DNA of 22,195 nucleotides from contig JBGGMM010000065.1 in NCBI GenBank assembly GCA_041288045.1, positions 1 to 22,195 of the forward strand, given 5' to 3'. Below, one piece after another: positions 16,757 to 22,195 of this stretch. Positions within the stretch are counted from its first letter, which is position 1; each line of letters begins with the position of its first letter. The notes under the pieces are model-generated. The model did no database searches. It was not told the DNA's origin and was given only the letters and a program-made list of their open reading frames with translations. The DNA comes from Pseudobdellovibrionaceae bacterium (GTDB taxonomy: Bacteria > Bdellovibrionota > Bdellovibrionia > Bdellovibrionales > Bdellovibrionaceae). Position numbers and translations under genes: made by a program.

Positions 16757-16757
16757 T

Positions 16758-16936
16758 CTCTGCCTATCGTACACCGATAGGTTGACGATACTCCGAGCGC
16801 AGACTTGCATTTTAAAAAATCAAAATTCCCAATCGACTGCCTTTTTTAAACTTGCCAGACGACCACGATGGTCGTCTGGGAGCCTTCGCATGGACGGACA
16901 CGCTCGCGTTTACCTTCGACACCGCTGTGCTCGAGA
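16758..16936 (+). repeat. Dispersed structured intergenic element, copy 2
   Basis: Inverted homologue of 9322-9472. It carries an extra perfect 11-bp hairpin CCAGACGACCA-CGA-TGGTCGTCTGG (16855-16879) and a 7-bp hairpin CCTATCG/CGATAGG (16763-16781). Confidence 0.92.
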
Positions 16937-16940
16937 CTCT

Positions 16941-17142
16941 CCATCCACGATGTTGTTCGTCGGTACACCATACCAACGGTCAACATCGTGGATGGGTGCC
17001 TACCTTGAAGTCATTTACCCAAAGTGGTGTGCGAAGATCGCGTCTTTGCCTGATCGTGAACGTCCATGTCCGTCTTTTCTGGAAATTCGGCCCTCCACGG
17101 CCTCACCCCTTTGGGGCTCGCCTTCGGCGAGTTTCCAGAAAA
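16941..17142. repeat. REP/MITE-like palindrome cluster continuing copy 2
   Basis: Perfect 15-bp stem CCATCCACGATGTTG/CAACATCGTGGATGG (16941-16995). An 11-bp stem TTTTCTGGAAA/TTTCCAGAAAA (17075-17142) encloses the mini-hairpins CCCCTTTGGGG and CTCGCCTTCGGCGAG. Confidence 0.8.
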
Positions 17143-17189
17143 CCTTAAAGATGAGGAAGGGAAAGAAAGGAGAGAAGAGGTGTCAGTTT

Positions 17190-17795
17190 TTAGATTTTTT
17201 CGTTAATCAGCAGGAGCAGATCTTCGACTGCCGCCTTCATTGCTGTCAGTGGGAGAGAAGGAGTTCCCTCTGACTTTCCTGGCAGCTGCTCAGGCAAGTA
17301 CGGCAGATGCACGAAAAGAGCCTGAACTTGAGAGCGATTGGTTTTGAGCATTTCGAAAACTTGGTAATAGAGGCTGTTGCAGACGAAGGCTCCGGCGCTG
17401 AAGGAGATTTCAACCGGGTGATTTTTCTTTTGCAAATACTGGGTCCAATCTCTGAGGGGGAGAGGATTCAGAAAAGCATCGGGACCCCTTGCTGAAATTT
17501 TATGTTGCGTTCTCAGCTCACCCTCTTCGTCGGCTTTGTCGGAGTCTTCGAGATTGATGGCGACTCTTTCGAGTTCGATCCATTTTCGACCGCCGGCCTG
17601 ACCGAACATCAAAATAAAATCATAGTCGGTTTCTGCCATTTCAGCGCGGATCACCGACCCTGTCTTTTGATAAGCCACCGGTAAAATCAGAGTTCCCAAA
17701 TTCTTTCGACCGGCGAAGGCTTGCACCAATTCCTGGCTAGAATTGAGGGACTCTTTTTGGAAGGGCTCAAAACCGGTGAGTAAAATCTGTTTCAT
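17190..17795 (-). CDS. pcp: Pyroglutamyl-peptidase I
   Basis: Motifs ILLTGFEPF, GQAGGR, ELERVAIN, SAGAFVCN (catalytic Cys) and FVHLP (catalytic His). Confidence 0.95.
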   Translation of the reverse strand: MKQILLTGFEPFQKESLNSSQELVQAFAGRKNLGTLILPVAYQKTGSVIRAEMAETDYDFILMFGQAGGRKWIELERVAINLEDSDKADEEGELRTQHKISARGPDAFLNPLPLRDWTQYLQKKNHPVEISFSAGAFVCNSLYYQVFEMLKTNRSQVQALFVHLPYLPEQLPGKSEGTPSLPLTAMKAAVEDLLLLINEKI

Positions 17796-17808
17796 TCTTT
17801 CTCATCCT

Positions 17809-18411
17809 TCAAGGTGAGCGGACCGAAGTTTCCCAGGACGACTGCAAATCAGCTCTTTCAAAAACATAGCGCTCATGCAGGCGACCACTTCGGGCAAACC
17901 AAAATTCGAACTTCAATGGCAGCAAGTGAAAGCCGCCCCAGTATGGGGGACAAGGCACTTTTTGATTTTGAAACTTTTGATCAAATTCTTGAACTCGTCT
18001 TTCTAACTCTTCGTGATCTTTGATTTTCTCACTTTGATGAGAGGCCCAAGCGCCAAGCTGACTCAGGCGCGGACGGGTTTCGAAATAAACTTCTGATTCT
18101 TCACGAGTCAGCTTTTCAACCGCCCCTTCCAAACGAATCTGCCGATCCAGAGAGGGCCAAAAAAACAGCAGAGCCGCCTTTTTCGTGCTGATCAGATCTC
18201 GAGCTTTCGGGCTTTCGTAATTGGTGTAAAAGGAAAATCCGTTTCGCACAATTCCCTTGAAAAGCACTGTCCGTGCAGAAGGAACTCCTTCAGCGGAAAC
18301 TGTGGCTAATGACATGGCATTGGAGTCTTTTGGGATTTTGGCCGCAGCTTCGGCAAAGAGCAATTCAAAGTGCTTGAAGGGATCGAGCTTAAAATCAAAA
18401 GAGGCAGCCAT
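17809..18411 (-). CDS. pdxH: Pyridoxamine 5'-phosphate oxidase
   Basis: Motifs AMSLATV, PSARTVLFK, FYTNYES.K, RQIRLEG, QLGAWASHQS, WGGF and EFW...RLHER. AAGGAG RBS. Confidence 0.96.
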   Translation of the reverse strand: MAASFDFKLDPFKHFELLFAEAAAKIPKDSNAMSLATVSAEGVPSARTVLFKGIVRNGFSFYTNYESPKARDLISTKKAALLFFWPSLDRQIRLEGAVEKLTREESEVYFETRPRLSQLGAWASHQSEKIKDHEELERRVQEFDQKFQNQKVPCPPYWGGFHLLPLKFEFWFARSGRLHERYVFERADLQSSWETSVRSP

Positions 18412-18455
18412 GAATTCTCCTTAACAGAGAGGGCCGCCTCTATTAACTATGAAAA

Positions 18456-19193
18456 TTACTTTTTCTTTTCTTTTTTCGCCGGAGCTTCTGTCGGAGCCGG
18501 AGGTGCAGCTGCTGCCCCACCTTTACCAGACATCACATCCAACAATTCAACTTCGAAAATCAAAACAGAGTTCGCTGGAATTCCAGGTCGAGCAGCTGGA
18601 CCATAACCAAGCTCAGGCGGAACAAACAATTTGATCTTTCCACCCACCTTCATCAACTGAAGAGCTTCGGTCCAACCTTTGATCACTCCCTCAACAGGAA
18701 ATTCAGCCGGTTGCCCTCGGTCATAAGAGCTATCAAACTGCTCACCGTTAATCAATGTTCCCTTATAATGAGCTTTGACCGTGTCTTTCAAAGTCGGAGT
18801 TTTTCCAGTTCCTTCTTGAACCACGATATACTGCAGGCCCGAAGCTGTGGTTTTCACACCTTCAGCTGATTTGTTCTTTTCCAAGAAAGCAGCGCCATCT
18901 GTTTTGTTTTTCTCGGCCGCTTCTTGCTGCTTTTTCATCATATTTTCTTGCAGCTTCATCAAAGCCGCCTGCATTTCTTCAGGCTTCAGCTTGCTCTCTT
19001 TGCCAGCAGCTGCTTCTTTGATCGACATTGCCAGCACGTCGCCATCAAATTCGATGTTTTGATTTTTCAAATTGGTGCCGATTTGCTGTCCAATTGCATA
19101 ACTTGCTTTTTTCTTGTCGTCGTCCAGCTTTTTCTGGCAACCAACCGTGACAAGGGCAAGTGCACTTGCTGCCACAATCAAATGTCTCTTCAT
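18456..19193 (-). CDS. fkpA: FKBP-type peptidyl-prolyl isomerase (FkpA/Mip-like), predicted lipoprotein
   Basis: VTVGC lipobox, FKBP_N (ASYAIG), TASGLQY, HYKGTL..G.QFDSS, VIKGWTEAL and IPANSVLIFEVELL. AAGGAG RBS. The symbol is family-level only. Confidence 0.9.
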   Translation of the reverse strand: MKRHLIVAASALALVTVGCQKKLDDDKKKASYAIGQQIGTNLKNQNIEFDGDVLAMSIKEAAAGKESKLKPEEMQAALMKLQENMMKKQQEAAEKNKTDGAAFLEKNKSAEGVKTTASGLQYIVVQEGTGKTPTLKDTVKAHYKGTLINGEQFDSSYDRGQPAEFPVEGVIKGWTEALQLMKVGGKIKLFVPPELGYGPAARPGIPANSVLIFEVELLDVMSGKGGAAAAPPAPTEAPAKKEKKK

Positions 19194-19236
19194 TGAAGTA
19201 CTCCTTTTTTTGGATATGGCTTATTTGACTTGAGAA

Positions 19237-19263
19237 GTTGAAAAAATGGAATTCTTTTTCAAC
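19237..19263. promoter_or_regulatory. 9-9-9 inverted repeat GTTGAAAAA-N9-TTTTTCAAC between the divergent FKBP and DMT genes
   Basis: Perfect 9-bp arms in a divergent promoter region. The arms are A/T-rich, so chance is possible. Confidence 0.35.
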
Positions 19264-20209
19264 CCTTGTGCAAACCGTCATAATTGGTCACAATTTCAAG
19301 AACTTGGGACATTTGCTTCTTTTTTTCATCGCCATTTTGAGTCTTTCCCAGTCGGCAAATCTGGTCCGAGCTGCGGCAGCCCCAGCATTGATGATTGGCT
19401 TTTGGCGATTACTAGGCGCCGCTTTTTTGATGCTCGGCCTGCGCTTTTGGAATTCAAAAAAAAACGGTCAAAGCTTTTTTGAGCCTGTGTCTAAATCGGC
19501 TTGGTCGTGGGCCTTTCTTTCGGGAAGCTTCTTTTTTCTGCATTTATGGACCTTTTTTTATGCTGCTCAAAACACTTCCATCGCCAACTGCATGGTGATT
19601 TTTGCCACCAACCCAATTTTCACAGCCCTTGTGGCTTGGCTGCTATTAAAAGATCGCTTCGAGAAAAGGTACGCCGTAGCCTTTGTCTTGGCTTTTTCCG
19701 GAGTCGCTGCCCTGGCTTCGGATCGCTTAGCTTGGGATACAGCCAGAAGCGGAGATCTTTCGGCGTTGGTATCCGCTGTTTTCATTGCCCTTTACATGGT
19801 GACCGGAAAGCGAGCTCGACTGGAAATGAGCAATGATCAATTCAGTTGGGTGATCTACATTTGGACCGCAGTTCTTTTTCTCGTGGCAGGCACTTTTCAG
19901 CAAACTCAATGGTTGGGATATCCCACTTTCACTTGGTGGGCGATTTTAGGAACGATTCTTTTTCCGACTTTGCTCGGTCACGTGCTGATGACTCATTTAT
20001 TGAAACATTTCAATATCAACTGGATGAGCTGTGGAAAACTTTTGGAGCCAGCACTTTCCTCAGCTGTCGCTTTTTTGGTCTTTGATGAAAAATTAAAAAT
20101 TCAAACCCTCATCGCTTTCGGATTCACAGTGGCTGCGGTTTTCGTGCTGTTTTGGCCCTTACTTTTTCGAAAATCCGCCCCTCTTCAGGAGCTAGAAACT
20201 GAACTATGA
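19238..20209 (+). CDS. DMT/EamA family transporter
   Basis: About ten hydrophobic segments in two repeats, with FWRL, TSIAN, NPIFTAL, GDL.AL, PTLLGH and LLEP. The true start may be GTG 19268 or TTG 19304. Confidence 0.9.
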   Translation: MKKWNSFSTLVQTVIIGHNFKNLGHLLLFFIAILSLSQSANLVRAAAAPALMIGFWRLLGAAFLMLGLRFWNSKKNGQSFFEPVSKSAWSWAFLSGSFFFLHLWTFFYAAQNTSIANCMVIFATNPIFTALVAWLLLKDRFEKRYAVAFVLAFSGVAALASDRLAWDTARSGDLSALVSAVFIALYMVTGKRARLEMSNDQFSWVIYIWTAVLFLVAGTFQQTQWLGYPTFTWWAILGTILFPTLLGHVLMTHLLKHFNINWMSCGKLLEPALSSAVAFLVFDEKLKIQTLIAFGFTVAAVFVLFWPLLFRKSAPLQELETEL

Positions 20210-20221
20210 TGCAACTGCAGA

Positions 20222-21328
20222 TCACTCAGCCTTTGAAGCATTTAAAAATTCAATCACTTCACGGCGTGAACCTTTGAAGAGAACTTTCGGGTCGCGCTTT
20301 TTGATCGACCCGAAATACATCGGATCATAGTAATCTTTGAGAAGCTTTTCGATCCAGAGGCGATTGGGCTCCAGATCGTTCTGAGAGAGAAAAGCTTCTT
20401 TTGCGTTTTGCAGGTCTTTTTCTAAAATCGCAAACTGTAACCCGCCTAGCTTTCTGGCGATGGACTGCAAGGATTTTTGAAAGCGCTCGAAAACCACAAG
20501 TCCTTTTTCTGTCGATCCCTGGCCCAAATCCGAATTCAAAATGTACTCTTGATAGGTCACGTCCACTCGGGATTTCAGTGGTTCATCGATAAACACAATG
20601 GGCGAAGCCCGCAGGGAAAGAAAAAAACTTTCAGGCTGGGCGCATTTGCCAATGAGTCGGCTCTCGTCCTCGACGACTAAATGCCTTGGATCTTTTTGCG
20701 CTTCAATGCGAATCAATTCTGCGCTTAATCGGTTTTCAAAATCAATTTGCGAAGGCTGTTCATCCCCGTATCCACCAAAGGCTGAACCCCGGTGATGGGC
20801 ATAGGATTCCAGATCCACTGTCGGGCGAAATTTGATTGCTTCTTTGATCGCCAAGCTTTTTCCGCTGCCTGTGGCTCCAGAAATCACCAGCAAAGCTCGA
20901 TTTTGCGAAAGCCTTTCCAAATCCGTCAGCAAATACTGGCGAAAGGCTTTGTAGCCGCCATCGATGCGTGGTCTTTGCAGCCCCGCTTCGGCAAGCCAGC
21001 TCTGTGCGATCTGGGATCTTTTGCCGCCGCGAAAGCAAGTGATGAGCATTTCAGGATGGGCAAGCAAAGTCTTGTGCCATTTTTGCAATCGCTCTTCTTT
21101 GGTCGAACCCGAAACCAGTTCGAAACCTCTTTGGATGGCAGCTTCTTGGCCTTTGGCTTTATACAGGGTTCCGATTTCTGCCCGTTCTTCGTTATTCAAA
21201 ATCGGCTGATTGAGAGAGCCCGGGATGGCACCCGCTTGAAATTCAACAGGAGCTCGAACATCCAAGATTGGAATTTGATTCAAGACGACCTGTCGAAATT
21301 CTGAAGCTGGCAGCAGTGAAGAATTCAT
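20222..21328 (-). CDS. mnmH: tRNA 2-selenouridine synthase
   Basis: Rhodanese DVRAPVEF, CFRGGKRS, GGYKAFR, P-loop GATGSGKS, AHHRGSAFG, EDESRLIG and YYDPMY. ATG at 21328 forms an ATGA overlap with the selD stop. Confidence 0.95.
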   Translation of the reverse strand: MNSSLLPASEFRQVVLNQIPILDVRAPVEFQAGAIPGSLNQPILNNEERAEIGTLYKAKGQEAAIQRGFELVSGSTKEERLQKWHKTLLAHPEMLITCFRGGKRSQIAQSWLAEAGLQRPRIDGGYKAFRQYLLTDLERLSQNRALLVISGATGSGKSLAIKEAIKFRPTVDLESYAHHRGSAFGGYGDEQPSQIDFENRLSAELIRIEAQKDPRHLVVEDESRLIGKCAQPESFFLSLRASPIVFIDEPLKSRVDVTYQEYILNSDLGQGSTEKGLVVFERFQKSLQSIARKLGGLQFAILEKDLQNAKEAFLSQNDLEPNRLWIEKLLKDYYDPMYFGSIKKRDPKVLFKGSRREVIEFLNASKAE

Positions 21329-22195
21329 GAGCGAACCTTCACCCATGGCCCTTGTGCTTCAGTGACTCGACCGACCAGAGCTGTTTTCGCAAACCGCTTT
21401 TTCAGTTTGGTTTGGATTATTTCTGCCTGAGAAGCCTTCACAGAAAGCAGCAGTCCCCCCGAAGTTTGCGGATCGACCAAGAGAAGCTTTTGCCAATCCT
21501 CGAGATTCAAAGACTCCACTTGACCTTCAACGTATTGAGAATTGGTTCGATGCGCTTTTGTCAAAAAAGATTTTTGCAAGCAATCTTTGGCAAGCTCCAG
21601 TTGAGGCAAATTGGAAAAATCAATTTCAAAGCTTTTTTGACTGGCCTTGGCCATTTGCAAAGAGTGACCAAGAAAACCAAATCCTGTGATGTCAGTGGCT
21701 GCATGAATTGCTGTGGCTTCTGAATCCGAAAGCAGATCCAGGACCGAGTTGACCCGAGTCATGCTCTGAAGGGCGTCTTGCATTTCAGCCTCTGTGATTT
21801 CGGATCGCTTCAAAGCTGCAGTGATAGCCCCAGTGCCCAAGCCTTTGGTGAGAATCAGCACATCCCCCGCTTGAGCTTTCGCATTGGACCACACCTTTTT
21901 GGGATCAACCAGGCCAGTGACCGAAAGCCCGAATTTCAAAGTGTCGTCATCGATCGAATGGCCACCGACAAAATTGCATTTGGCCTCAGCAATGACATCG
22001 CTAGCCCCTTGCAGAACTTCGACAGCCACCGACGGATCGAGGGACGCCAAAGGAAAAGCCAAAATTGCCATGGCTGTTTTAGGAACTCCGCCCATAGCGT
22101 AAACGTCACTCAAAGCATTGGCGGCAGCCACTTGACCGAAAATTTTTGGTGAATCAACAATCGGAGTGAAAAAATCCAAGGTCTGAACCAATGCC
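21325..22195 (-). CDS. selD: Selenide, water dikinase (5' end outside the window)
   Basis: Motifs VQTLDFFTPIVD, AANALSDVYAMGG, GGHSI, LTKGLGTG, ATDITGFGFLGH and DPQTSGGLL. Confidence 0.96.
   Translation of the reverse strand, partial: ALVQTLDFFTPIVDSPKIFGQVAAANALSDVYAMGGVPKTAMAILAFPLASLDPSVAVEVLQGASDVIAEAKCNFVGGHSIDDDTLKFGLSVTGLVDPKKVWSNAKAQAGDVLILTKGLGTGAITAALKRSEITEAEMQDALQSMTRVNSVLDLLSDSEATAIHAATDITGFGFLGHSLQMAKASQKSFEIDFSNLPQLELAKDCLQKSFLTKAHRTNSQYVEGQVESLNLEDWQKLLLVDPQTSGGLLLSVKASQAEIIQTKLKKRFAKTALVGRVTEAQGPWVKVRS

Noticed and set aside
16782..17273. 163-aa and 98-aa ORFs across the structured block
   Set aside because: Non-ATG starts without an RBS, and they run through palindromic repeat DNA. 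The longer one overlaps pcp antisense. The homologous copy 1 has indels that break the frame.
19237..19263. CIRCE element (9-9-9 geometry near a folding catalyst gene)
   Set aside because: The arm sequence does not match TTAGCACTC/GAGTGCTAA. Kept only as a generic inverted repeat.

Overview
Mostly a housekeeping region from a bacterium that looks like Bdellovibrionota (inferred from the gene families, a sigma-28 promoter and a PilZ fusion; not checked by search). Genes in order: a 5' fragment of an AT-rich ORF resembling the N-terminus of the Bdellovibrio multicopy DUF222-like/HNH family (missed by the ORF track), a small hypothetical gene with a sigma-28-type promoter, folE, a Tat-lipoprotein flavin amine oxidase, a 2OG-Fe(II) oxygenase, a two-gene ABCC/MRP-like exporter, mgtE, a membrane-anchored S8 protease with a C-terminal PilZ domain, a DUF502 protein, a nucleotidyltransferase-like protein, an M17 aminopeptidase, an EEP hydrolase, apaG, pcp, pdxH, an FKBP PPIase, a DMT transporter, mnmH and a partial selD. 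The unexplained signal is non-coding. (i) A structured element of ~150-180 bp occurs twice in inverted orientation (9322-9472 and 16758-16936), each time between convergent genes, and the second copy sits in a ~385-nt multi-hairpin block. (ii) Four degenerate 20-bp repeats lie upstream of the HNH-like gene, and a fifth copy lies beside the first element. (iii) Third codon positions in the gene ends next to the elements are skewed in an orientation-dependent way. These may reflect an undescribed repeat/ncRNA family linked to a nuclease; that link is inference.
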